The position numbers and the translations under genes are program-made. Shown here one piece after another: positions 12,381 to 21,208 of a DNA stretch of 48,245 bases. Numbering within the stretch: position 1 is the stretch's first letter; the number at the start of each line of letters is the position of its first letter. The stretch spans positions 1 through 48,245 of the forward strand of contig JBGAOA010000033.1 of NCBI GenBank assembly GCA_044222065.1. The letters are read 5' to 3'. The notes beneath the pieces are model-generated. The model had not been told where the DNA came from and made no database searches. It worked only from the letters and a program-made list of their open reading frames with translations. Origin of the DNA: Candidatus Eiseniibacteriota bacterium. Lineage in GTDB: Bacteria; Eisenbacteria; RBG-16-71-46.

Positions 12381-13202
12381 ATGATCGAACGCGAGCAGCA
12401 GGCCTTCGCCCGACTCGTCGCCGTCTGCCGCCGCCTGCGCGGCCCGGACGGCTGCCCCTGGGATCGCGAGCAGACGCTCGAGACCATGACGCCGTACATC
12501 ATCGAGGAGGCCGCCGAGACCGGCGAGGCCGTCGCGAGCGGCGACGCGAAGCACACGGCCGAGGAGCTCGGCGACCTCGCCTTCCTCGCGATCTTCTGCC
12601 TCGAACTGCTCGGCGAGCGCGGCGGGCCGGGGCTCGCGGACGCGCTCGACGGCGCCGCGGAGAAACTCATCCGCCGCCATCCGCACGTCTACGGCGACGC
12701 CACGGTGAAGGACGGCGGAGCCGCCTACCGGCAGTGGCAGGAGATCAAGAAGGCCGAGAAGGGCGAACGCGCCGCGTCGCTGCTCGGCGACCAGCCGAAG
12801 GGCATGCCGGCGCTCGTCGCCGCCTACCGCACGCAGGAGAAGGCCGGCGCCGTCGGCTTCGACTGGCCGGACGTCTCGGGGCCGCTCGAGAAGGTGCGCG
12901 AGGAGACGGCCGAGATCGAGCGCGAACTCGGCGGCGACACGACGCCGGCGCTCGCGCGCGAGATCGGCGACCTGCTGTTCGCGGTCGTGAACGTCGCGCG
13001 CCACCTGAAGGTGGATCCCGAGCGCGAGCTGCGCGCCGCGAACCTGCGATTCCGCGACCGCTTCCACCACATCGAACGACGGCTCGCCGAGCGCGGCCTC
13101 ACGCCGTCGCAGGTCGGACTCGACGAGCTGGATTCGCTCTGGAACGAGGCGAAGCGGCTCGCGAGCGATGGCGGCGCCGCCGCCGGAAGGACGGACGCAT
13201 GA
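12381..13202 (+). CDS. mazG: Nucleoside triphosphate pyrophosphohydrolase MazG
   Basis: GCPWDREQT, EELGDL, KLIRRHPHVYG, GFDWP, EIGDLLF. Start trimmed to MIEREQ. Confidence 0.95.
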   Translation: MIEREQQAFARLVAVCRRLRGPDGCPWDREQTLETMTPYIIEEAAETGEAVASGDAKHTAEELGDLAFLAIFCLELLGERGGPGLADALDGAAEKLIRRHPHVYGDATVKDGGAAYRQWQEIKKAEKGERAASLLGDQPKGMPALVAAYRTQEKAGAVGFDWPDVSGPLEKVREETAEIERELGGDTTPALAREIGDLLFAVVNVARHLKVDPERELRAANLRFRDRFHHIERRLAERGLTPSQVGLDELDSLWNEAKRLASDGGAAAGRTDA

Positions 13203-13501
13203 ACGACGCGAATCCCTCGCGGAACGCGGCGCTGTTCCTGCAGCTGCTGATGGGGCTGCAGCAGAGCGGCATGATCGCGCTCGGCAAGCTCATGAACCCG
13301 ATGACGCGGCAGGTCGAGACGAACCTCGAGGCCGCGCGCGACACGATCGACCTGCTCACGGCGCTCGAGGCGCGCACGAAGAACAACCTCGAGCCCGACG
13401 AGGAGCGCGTGCTGCGCCAGGTGCTCACCGACCTGCGCATGAACTACGTGGACGTGCTCAAGAAGTCGGCGGCGGGCAGCGGAGCCGGAAGCGGCGCCTG
13501 A
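13199..13501 (+). CDS. DUF1844-family protein
   Basis: ALGKLMNP, NLEAARDTIDLL, KNNL and LRMNYV patterns; ATGA overlap with mazG. Confidence 0.85.
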   Translation: MNDANPSRNAALFLQLLMGLQQSGMIALGKLMNPMTRQVETNLEAARDTIDLLTALEARTKNNLEPDEERVLRQVLTDLRMNYVDVLKKSAAGSGAGSGA

Positions 13502-13526
13502 GCGCGCGCCGCTCCGCGACGCACGC

Positions 13527-14279
13527 ATGATCGAGCGCGAGGATCGCGACGGCATCCGCGTCCTGCGCCTCGCCCACGGCAAGGCGAGCGCGATGGATCT
13601 CGAGCTGTGCCGCGCGGCCATCGCGGCGCTCGCCGACGCCGAGCGCGACGCGGTGCGCGCGATCGTCCTCACGGGCACGGGCGGCATCTTCTCGGCCGGC
13701 GTGGACCTCGTGCGGCTCACGAGCGAGGGCACCGCGTACGCGCGCGCCTTCATGCCGGCGCTCTCGGACGCGCTGCTCGCGCTGTTCCGCTTCCCCGCGC
13801 CGGTCGTCGCCGCCGTCAACGGCCACGCGATCGCGGGTGGCGCGATCCTCGCCCTGGCGTGCGACTTTCGCGTGCTCGCGACGGGCAACGCGCGCTTCGG
13901 TGTTCCGGAACTCAAGGTCGGCGTGCCGTTCCCGCTCGTGCCGAGCGAGATCGTGCGCCACGCGCTGCCGATGGCCGAGGCCGAGGAAGCGATGTTCCTC
14001 GGCGCGACGCGCACGCCCGACGACTGCCTCGCGCGCGGCTGGGTGAACGAGCTCGCCGAGCCTTCTCGCGTGCTCGGGCGCGCGCTCGAGGTCGCACGCG
14101 AGATGGCCGCGGTGCCGACGCGCTCGTTCCGCCTGACGAAGCTCACGACGCGCGGCCCCGTGCTCGAGCGCATCGCGCGGCTTCGCCCCGCGCACGACAA
14201 CGAAGTGGACATCGCCTGGACGAGCGAGCCCGTGATGGCGGCGATCCGCGCCTACGTCGCGACGACGCTCCGCAAGTGA
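13527..14279 (+). CDS. Enoyl-CoA hydratase/isomerase (crotonase) family protein
   Basis: FSAGVDL, VAAVNGHAIAGG, FGVPELKVG. Confidence 0.92.
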   Translation: MIEREDRDGIRVLRLAHGKASAMDLELCRAAIAALADAERDAVRAIVLTGTGGIFSAGVDLVRLTSEGTAYARAFMPALSDALLALFRFPAPVVAAVNGHAIAGGAILALACDFRVLATGNARFGVPELKVGVPFPLVPSEIVRHALPMAEAEEAMFLGATRTPDDCLARGWVNELAEPSRVLGRALEVAREMAAVPTRSFRLTKLTTRGPVLERIARLRPAHDNEVDIAWTSEPVMAAIRAYVATTLRK

Positions 14280-14293
14280 GCGAGGAGGCTGCG

Positions 14294-15379
14294 ATGCCGT
14301 TCGAGCGCCCGCACGTGGATCCCGACATCCGCCGCGCGGAGACGCTGCCGGCCGCGTTCTACGCCGACCCCGCCGTGTACGCCGCGATCCGCGAGAAGGT
14401 GTTCGCGCGCTCGTGGCAGCTCGTCGCCGACCTCGACCGCGTGAAGGTGCCGGGGCAGGTGCACCCGTTCACGCTGCTCGACGGCCTGCTCACGGAGCCG
14501 CTCGTGCTCGCGCGCGACCGCGACGACCGCGTGCACTGCTATTCCAACGTCTGCACGCACCGCGGCACGCTCGTGTGCGAGGCCGACGGCGTCGAGAACT
14601 TCCTGCGCTGCCGCTACCACGGCCGTCGCTTCGCGCTCGATGGGAAGTTCCTCTCGATGCCCGAGTTCGAAGAGGCCGCGGACTTCCCGCGCGCCGAAGA
14701 CGACCTGCCGCACGTGCCGTTCGGCACGCTCGGCAAGTTCGTGTTCGCCTCGCTCGACCCCGCCGCGCCGCTCGCGGCGCTCACCGGTGACTTCCTCGCG
14801 CGCTGCGGCCACCTGCCGCTCGATCGCGCGGTGCTCGAGCCGACGCGCGCGCGCGACTACCTCGTGCGCGCGAACTGGGCGCTCTACGTCGAGAACTATC
14901 TCGAGGGCTTCCACATCCCCTACGTGCACGCCGGGCTCGCCGAGGCGCTCGACTACGGCAGCTACCGCACCGAACTCTTCGACGCCTCGAACCTGCAGCT
15001 CGGCGTCGCGAGCGGCGGCGACGACGTGTGCGACGTGCCGGCCGGGCACCCGGACCACGGCACGAGCGTCGCGGCCTGGTACTGGTGGCTATTCCCGAAC
15101 ACGATGCTGAACGTGTATCCGTGGGGCATCAGCGTGAACGTCGTGCGGCCGCTCGGCCCCGACCTCACGAAGGTGTCGTTCCTGCCCTACGTGTGGGACT
15201 CGTCACGGCTCGAGCGCGGCGCGGGCGCCTCACTCGACCGTGTCGAGCGCGAGGACGAGGCGATCGTCGAGAGCATCCAGCGCGGCGTGCGCTCCCGCCT
15301 CTACCGCCGCGGGCGGTTCTCGCCGAAGCGCGAGACCGGCGTGCACCACTTCCAAAGGATGCTCGTCGGGGCGTTGTAG
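14294..15379 (+). CDS. Rieske non-heme iron oxygenase alpha subunit (choline monooxygenase-like)
   Basis: Rieske ligands CTH and CRYH; mononuclear iron motif ENYLEGFHIPYVH and a later EDEA; GAGGAGG RBS. Confidence 0.9.
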   Translation: MPFERPHVDPDIRRAETLPAAFYADPAVYAAIREKVFARSWQLVADLDRVKVPGQVHPFTLLDGLLTEPLVLARDRDDRVHCYSNVCTHRGTLVCEADGVENFLRCRYHGRRFALDGKFLSMPEFEEAADFPRAEDDLPHVPFGTLGKFVFASLDPAAPLAALTGDFLARCGHLPLDRAVLEPTRARDYLVRANWALYVENYLEGFHIPYVHAGLAEALDYGSYRTELFDASNLQLGVASGGDDVCDVPAGHPDHGTSVAAWYWWLFPNTMLNVYPWGISVNVVRPLGPDLTKVSFLPYVWDSSRLERGAGASLDRVEREDEAIVESIQRGVRSRLYRRGRFSPKRETGVHHFQRMLVGAL

Positions 15380-15380
15380 C

Positions 15381-16331
15381 TCAGCGCTTCGGTCCCGGGG
15401 TCTTCTTCGTTTCATCGCCGAATGCGCCGGTCTCGACTGTCGCGAGGACGTCGGCACGCAGCCGCGAGACGAGGCGTCGGGCCGCCAATCGATCGGATGA
15501 CGAAAGCCGCTCCTGCCGCAGGTGCTTCGCGAGCAGGTCGAGATCCGCAGACGTGCCGTAGCTCAGCAATCGTTCGAGCGCGACCCGCAGAAGGTCGCTC
15601 TGTTCGACGATCGTCTCCGGACCCGGACTGGATTCGTCCAACCTCAGGAGTGACGTCTTGCCGAGCCCCCGAGACCCGGGGAGGAGCTTGCTCGAGCGGG
15701 CTCGAAGCCAGCTCGCGGAAGCGCTCTCGAGGTAGAACGCACAGGCGACTTCCATGCGGGATTCCAGCCAGACGGCGCGCCCGCGCCGCAGACGCCAATC
15801 GAAGTAGCAGCGCTCGATCGCCGCCTGGACGACCCTCTGCAGAGTCGCGTCAGATCTCGCCCACGGTCGCCCGCGCCACGACCCCGTCAGGCACATCGCG
15901 TACATCGACCGAAGGGCGCGGCGCCAGAGCTCCTGCTCCGCCGCACCCGAGATCCGCCAGGCGAGCTTCCACATCGTGGTCAGCGAGCGAGCAAGGGCCT
16001 TGCGCCGTCGCGCCGGTCGTTCGGGGGCCGGCGATCGAATCGCCGTTCGAAGCGACTCGGGAAGCGCGGCGCGCACCTCTGCGTAGGGCACGTCCTCGAA
16101 ACCGCGCTCGCGGAACCAGCGTTCGCGCACGTGATCGAGGAGCGACTCCAACCGATCGAAGTCCCGCGCGTCGGCTTCACCGGCGCCCGTGAGAACGAGC
16201 CGAAGCGCCTCGCGCTCGTCCGCCAGGGCCTCCGGGGTCCAGCCGGAATCCACGGAGAGTCGATACAGGCGTCCGTCCTCCCGATAGATCGCCTGGCCGC
16301 CGATCGCATCGACGAACTCGAGTTGCAGCAT
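15381..16331 (-). CDS. Hypothetical protein (316 aa), coupled to the upstream DUF3626-like gene
   Basis: ATG (MLQLEF) overlaps the upstream TGA (TGATG) with a GGAGGG RBS; protein-like composition. No family recognised with confidence. Confidence 0.65.
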   Translation of the reverse strand: MLQLEFVDAIGGQAIYREDGRLYRLSVDSGWTPEALADEREALRLVLTGAGEADARDFDRLESLLDHVRERWFRERGFEDVPYAEVRAALPESLRTAIRSPAPERPARRRKALARSLTTMWKLAWRISGAAEQELWRRALRSMYAMCLTGSWRGRPWARSDATLQRVVQAAIERCYFDWRLRRGRAVWLESRMEVACAFYLESASASWLRARSSKLLPGSRGLGKTSLLRLDESSPGPETIVEQSDLLRVALERLLSYGTSADLDLLAKHLRQERLSSSDRLAARRLVSRLRADVLATVETGAFGDETKKTPGPKR

Positions 16332-17236
16332 CAGGTGCCGTCCCCTCCGAACATCACGGGGATATGCGCGGCGTGAGCGAGGTGCTTCAGCGTCAGGAGT
16401 GTGCGCAAGTCGTCGTACTGCGAAGACCTCTGCTCGCGCTCGCTCGCCCGGTCGAACGACCGCATGCGAGAACCGAGCCCCGCGGCGAGCCGCTTCGCGA
16501 GAACGATCTTCTCGATCTCGTCGATGCTCACGTCGGAATGCAGGTGGATCTCGAGGAGCGTCTGCCGGTCGCAGAGCAGGTCCTGAAGGTGGGTCGTTTC
16601 GATCGGGAGCTTCGAATTCGCATCGGCGATGAACTCGGCGTGGTGCACGACCGCGAGCCGGACGACCCGCTCGCGGCACGCGAAGCGTTCGAGCACGGCA
16701 GCCCGGGACGCGCACAGCGCGCCTTCGGCGTCGAAGATCGCCGTGATCGAGTCCCCCGCGAAGCACGTGGCGTTCATCACGTGGGCGCCCCTCCGGAGCA
16801 CGATGCAGCAGGGGCCGTAGTCCGGCCCCTCGCCGCCGACGTGAAGCGCTCCGTACTTCGCGCGGCCGCGAAAGTGCAGCAGGCGTTCGAGCTGCCGGCG
16901 CGGCCCGTAGAAGCGCCCGAGGCGGCTCTTGAGCGCTCTCTCGAACAGCGGACCGCGTCGCGTTCCCGTCGATTCGGCGACGACGTCGAACACCGTCTTG
17001 AAGCGACCGCTCGTCAGGACGCTCACGCACGTCGAAAGCGTCGTGTTGATGGCGACGCTGCCCTCCCCCAGCACGTATTCGAACGACTCGAGGCGAAACG
17101 CGCACTTCGAGGCGTGGATCGCGCGGCACGCGGCTTCGTAGCGCTTGCGGAGCTTCTGCGATTGCTGACGAGCGAGCGTGGTGGCGCTCGATCGCTCTTT
17201 GCGAGGAGAGCGTCGAACGGCGGGCGGCCGCACCAT
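16331..17236 (-). CDS. Hypothetical protein with DUF3626-like motifs
   Basis: Ordered motifs RAKYGALH, YGPCCIVLR, ATCFAGDS and LLEIHLHSDVSIDEIEKIVL resemble the DUF3626 pattern as I recall it. The family call is tentative. Confidence 0.6.
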   Translation of the reverse strand: MVRPPAVRRSPRKERSSATTLARQQSQKLRKRYEAACRAIHASKCAFRLESFEYVLGEGSVAINTTLSTCVSVLTSGRFKTVFDVVAESTGTRRGPLFERALKSRLGRFYGPRRQLERLLHFRGRAKYGALHVGGEGPDYGPCCIVLRRGAHVMNATCFAGDSITAIFDAEGALCASRAAVLERFACRERVVRLAVVHHAEFIADANSKLPIETTHLQDLLCDRQTLLEIHLHSDVSIDEIEKIVLAKRLAAGLGSRMRSFDRASEREQRSSQYDDLRTLLTLKHLAHAAHIPVMFGGDGT

Positions 17237-17371
17237 GATTGGAATCCGGTCGAGGGTCGGAAACGCGGGAATTCGACGCCGGCATCATGCTCAACCCGGG
17301 ACGTGCGGTCCAGCCCGAAGCGACGAAGAGGGCGCGTCCGAGTCCCCCAGCCGACTCGGAGAGTCTCCGGA

Positions 17372-18178
17372 TCATCGCCCTCCGCGGAAAGTCCCGTTGC
17401 TCCCCCGCACGGCCCACGCGCGCGCCCGCAGCCGGATCCGGCCGTCGGCGGCGAGCGGCAGCCGTTCCGCGAGCCGTGCGCGCAACGCCTCCCGCCGATC
17501 GGGCCCGAGCGCGGCGACGTAGGCCGGCGCGGGGCCGGTGCCCGACTGGAGCGGCGACCAGTAGTCGTCGAAGTCGGCGAACTCCGTCGGCACCTCGACC
17601 GAGCCTGCCTCGACCCGCGCGAACCCGGCGCGGACGAACAGCGCCGTGAGCGGGAGCGGACGGCAGAGCGGAAAGCGCCGCCCCTCGTCGAGCGCCGCGG
17701 ACGCCGGGTCCAAGTCGATCGCCGCGTCCCAGAATCGGCGCAGGAACTCCATGCCTTCGGCGTAGTCCCAGACGCACGCGGCGACGACGCCGCCCGCACG
17801 CACCCGCCCGCGCGCCGCCACGAGAGCGGCGAGCGGATCAAGGACGAAGTTGAGCACGAGCGAGGAGACGATCGCGTCGAATCCGCCCTCGCGGCGCGGC
17901 GGGTCCTCGGCGCCCGCGACCGCGAACGTGACGCGCGCGTCTCCGAGCGAAGCGCGCGCGTGCTCGACGAAGTCCGTCGCGGGATCGCACGCGACGATCG
18001 ACGCGGGCGAGGCGAGGTCGCGAAGCGCGGTCGTCAGCGCCCCCGTCCCGCACCCGCACTCGAGCCAGTGCGAGGACGGCTCCGGTGCGAGCCAGCGCAC
18101 GAACGCCCGCGCGAGCGGGCGGCTCCACCGGCCCATGAACGCCTCGTAGTCGCCGCCCGCCAGCCAGGGATCTGTCAC
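17372..18178 (-). CDS. Class I SAM-dependent methyltransferase
   Basis: YEAFMGRWS, WLECGCGTGAL (motif I), FDAIVSSLVLNFV. GTG start overlaps the WYL gene stop. Confidence 0.9.
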   Translation of the reverse strand: MTDPWLAGGDYEAFMGRWSRPLARAFVRWLAPEPSSHWLECGCGTGALTTALRDLASPASIVACDPATDFVEHARASLGDARVTFAVAGAEDPPRREGGFDAIVSSLVLNFVLDPLAALVAARGRVRAGGVVAACVWDYAEGMEFLRRFWDAAIDLDPASAALDEGRRFPLCRPLPLTALFVRAGFARVEAGSVEVPTEFADFDDYWSPLQSGTGPAPAYVAALGPDRREALRARLAERLPLAADGRIRLRARAWAVRGSNGTFRGGR

Positions 18179-19194
18179 GAACGTCCCTCCACCCGCCCGG
18201 CGCGCGCGGCGCTGATCCGCCGGCCGCGCCTCCTCGTCGTCGCGGCGCTCGGCCGTACCGCGGCGAGCCGTCGCGCGAGCGCGCGCAGCTCCACGCCGAG
18301 GCGCGCGGGCCGCACGATTCGGAACTCGAACGGCAGGCGCGCGAGTTCGCGCGCGAACCACGCGAGGTCGTCGGCCTGGCTAGAGAGCCGCACGCCGCCC
18401 TCGACCGATTCGAGCACGCCGATCGCCTCGAACAGCTCGCGTCGCGCCGTCTCGAGGTCGGTCGCGAGCAGCACTTCGACGGCGTGCGCGCGCGGCAGGG
18501 TCGCGACCGAGTGCGCGAGGTAGCCGCGCGCGTCGAAGTCGGCGGGGCGTTCGAAGCGTTCGGGCCGCTCGCTCACGGACTCGATGCGGTCGAGCCGGAA
18601 CGAGCGCAGGCCCTTCCGAAGCAGGCAGTGTCCGACCGCGTACCAGCCGCGCCCGCGATAGACGATGCCGTAGGGATCGAAGTCGCGCTCGCTCGCGCGG
18701 CCGTCGGCCGTGCGGTAGCGGAGCCGCACGCGCCGCCGCTGCCGCGCGGCGCCGCTCAGCGCCGCGAGGCAGCCGGGATCGCTGCGGCGCTCGGGACGGC
18801 GGAGATCGAGCGTCACCGACTCGCCGATCGCGAGCACGCGCCCGCGCAGCGCGTCCGGCAGCACGCGCTCGAGCTTCGCCTGCGCGCTCTCGACCGCGGC
18901 CTCGGAGGCTTCGAGGCCGAGCCGGCCCGCGGCGAGCAGCCCGAGCGAGAGCGCCACGGCTTCCTCGGCGTTGAACATCATCGGCGGCAGCTTGAAGCCC
19001 GCGACGAGCAGGTAGGCGCCGTGACGGCCGCGCTCGGTCGTGATCGGCACGCCGAGGTCTTCGAGCCGCGTGACGTAGCGCCGGAGCGTGCGCGCGTCCA
19101 CGCCGAGACGGCGCGCGAGTTCGGCGCCGCTCATGCGGCCGTGGGTCTGGAGCAGTTCGAGCAGCGCGAGCACGCGGGTCGTCGGACGGGACAT
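18175..19194 (-). CDS. YafY/PafC-like HTH-WYL transcriptional regulator
   Basis: N-terminal HTH (ELARRLGVDARTLRRYV), PPMMF linker, WYL domain (DPYGIVYRGRGWYAVG, RSFRLDRI), WCX tail. Confidence 0.93.
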   Translation of the reverse strand: MSRPTTRVLALLELLQTHGRMSGAELARRLGVDARTLRRYVTRLEDLGVPITTERGRHGAYLLVAGFKLPPMMFNAEEAVALSLGLLAAGRLGLEASEAAVESAQAKLERVLPDALRGRVLAIGESVTLDLRRPERRSDPGCLAALSGAARQRRRVRLRYRTADGRASERDFDPYGIVYRGRGWYAVGHCLLRKGLRSFRLDRIESVSERPERFERPADFDARGYLAHSVATLPRAHAVEVLLATDLETARRELFEAIGVLESVEGGVRLSSQADDLAWFARELARLPFEFRIVRPARLGVELRALARRLAAVRPSAATTRRRGRRISAARAGRVEGRS

Positions 19195-19213
19195 GCGGGA
19201 GAAAGTACACGGC

Positions 19214-19236
19214 ATTAGGGCGGATATCGCCCTGAT
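19214..19236. promoter_or_regulatory. Inverted repeat, probable operator of the WYL regulator
   Basis: AT-t-AGGGCG-gatat-CGCCCT-g-AT, about 20 nt upstream of the WYL start, between the divergent WYL and LysE genes. Confidence 0.55.
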
Positions 19237-19336
19237 TTTCGTCGAGGATGCCGGGCGTGCCGGCCGCCCGGCCGACGCCGCGCCCGTTCGGCGAGTGGAA
19301 TCGGGCCGTATCTCGAGGAGGTCGCCGTGAAGGAGC

Positions 19337-20002
19337 GTGAGCGTGAGCGCTGAGACGACGTTCTTCGGGCCCGAGCACCTTCGGCTGCTCGGCCTCTACT
19401 TCGCGATCGTGTTCGGCGTCGTCGTGCTGCCCGGGCTCGACATGGCGTTCGTGCTCGCGAGCAGCCTCGCGGGCGGGCGTCGCGCGGGGCTCGCGGCAAC
19501 GCTCGGCTGCGTCGCGGGCGCGGCGTGCCACTTCGTCGTCGGCGCGCTCGGGCTCGCGGCACTCCTCAGGACGTGGCCGGCGGCGTTCAATGCGCTGCTG
19601 CTCGCGGGCGCGCTCTACATGGCGTGGATCGGGATCTCGCTCGTGCGGAGCGGCGCGGCGCTCGGAGAGCTGCCGCGCGCCGATCGCGCCGCCGCGACCG
19701 CGTTCCGCCGCGGCGCCGCGACGAACCTGCTGAACCCGAAGGCCTACCTGTTCATGCTCGCCGTGTTCCCGCAGTTCGTCCGGCCCGCGTTCGGCGCCGT
19801 CGCGCCGCAGGCGATCGTGCTGTTCGCGATCGGCGCCGCGTGCCAGCTGGCCGTCTACGGCGCGGTCGCCGTGCTCGGCGATCGCGCGCGCGCGGCGCTC
19901 GCCCGCGACGCGGGCCGGGCGCGCTTCGCCGGGCGGATCGTCGGCGGAGCGCTCGTCGCGGCCGCGCTCTTCACCGCGTGGGAGAGCTGGCGCGGACGGT
20001 GA
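19337..20002 (+). CDS. LysE/RhtB family amino-acid exporter
   Basis: PGLDM, GALYMAWIG and NLLNPKAYLF motifs; about six TM segments. Confidence 0.92.
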   Translation: MSVSAETTFFGPEHLRLLGLYFAIVFGVVVLPGLDMAFVLASSLAGGRRAGLAATLGCVAGAACHFVVGALGLAALLRTWPAAFNALLLAGALYMAWIGISLVRSGAALGELPRADRAAATAFRRGAATNLLNPKAYLFMLAVFPQFVRPAFGAVAPQAIVLFAIGAACQLAVYGAVAVLGDRARAALARDAGRARFAGRIVGGALVAAALFTAWESWRGR

Positions 20003-20008
20003 CCGCGG

Positions 20009-21208
20009 CTAGATCGCGCCGAGCACCGCGCACTTGAGGTAGTGCGTCTCGGGGACCGCGAGCAGCTGCGGATGGTCCGGGCCTTCCCCGCTCCACGCGA
20101 GCACGCGGAACGGACGCTTCGCGAGCCTCGCGGCCTCGAGCAGCACCTGGCGGAACAGCCCGTCGTCGAGGTGGTGGCTGCACGAACACGTCACGAGCAC
20201 GCCGTCCGCCTCGAGCAGGCTCATCGCGGCGCGGTTGATCTCGCGGTACGCGCGCGCGCCGGCCGCGAGGTGCTTGCGGCTCTTGATGAGCGCGGGCGGA
20301 TCGCACACGACGAGGCCGAAGCGCTCGCCCTGCCGCTCCATCGCCCGGATCGCGTCGAACACGTCGCCGCGCTGGAAGCCGATGCGGCCCTCGAAGCCGT
20401 TGCGCTCGGCGTTGCGCGCGGCGGCGGCGAGGGCGGGCTCGCTCGAGTCGACGGCGAGCACCGAGTCGGCGCCGCCGCGAGCCGCGTGCAGCGCCCACTC
20501 GCCCTGGTAGCAGAACAGGTCCAGCACGCGCCGGCCGCGCGCGCGGCGCTCGGCTTCGCGGCGGTTCAAGCGCTGGTCGAGGAACAGCCCGGTCTTCTGC
20601 CCGTGCAGCAGGTTCGCTTCGACCGTGAAGCCTTCGACCGCGACTTCGAGCGTCTCGGGCACCTCGCCCCACCACACCTCGCGCGCGAGCGGCAGGCCTT
20701 CGAGCGTGCGCAGCGCCGAGTCCGCCGCGCGCACGACGCCCGCGGGCTCGAACACGTGCTCGATGGCCTCGCGGATCGTCTCGAGCCGCGCCTCCATGCC
20801 GAGCGTGAGCACCTGCACCGTGAGGCACTCGCCGTAGCGGTCGATCACGAGGCCCGGCAGCTGGTCGCCCTCGCCGTAGACGAGCCGCACCGCCGCCTCG
20901 CCCGGCAGCGCCTCGTCGCGAAGCGCGCGCGCGCGCTCGAGGCGCTTGACGAAGAAGCCGGCGTCCACGCGGTCGCGGCCGCGCGTGACGAGCCGCGCGG
21001 CGATCAGGCTGCGGCGATTCCACGTCGCGCGGCCGAGGAACGCGCCGCGCTCGTCCTGCACGTCCACGAGCGCCCCGTCCACGGGATCGCCCTCGATGCG
21101 CTCGATCTCGTTGCTGAACACCCACGGGTGGCCGCCGCGAATGCGGCGGTCCTGGTGGCGGCCGAGGACGATCCGACCCGAGGGCTCCGTGAGATCGTCG
21201 CGCGTCAC
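20009..21208 (-). CDS. rlmI: RlmI-family 23S rRNA m5C methyltransferase
   Basis: PUA domain GHPWVFSNE, EGDQLPGLVIDRYG, GQKTGLFLDQR, DPP, TCSCS, PETHYLK. GTG start overlaps the speB stop. Confidence 0.9.
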   Translation of the reverse strand: MTRDDLTEPSGRIVLGRHQDRRIRGGHPWVFSNEIERIEGDPVDGALVDVQDERGAFLGRATWNRRSLIAARLVTRGRDRVDAGFFVKRLERARALRDEALPGEAAVRLVYGEGDQLPGLVIDRYGECLTVQVLTLGMEARLETIREAIEHVFEPAGVVRAADSALRTLEGLPLAREVWWGEVPETLEVAVEGFTVEANLLHGQKTGLFLDQRLNRREAERRARGRRVLDLFCYQGEWALHAARGGADSVLAVDSSEPALAAAARNAERNGFEGRIGFQRGDVFDAIRAMERQGERFGLVVCDPPALIKSRKHLAAGARAYREINRAAMSLLEADGVLVTCSCSHHLDDGLFRQVLLEAARLAKRPFRVLAWSGEGPDHPQLLAVPETHYLKCAVLGAI

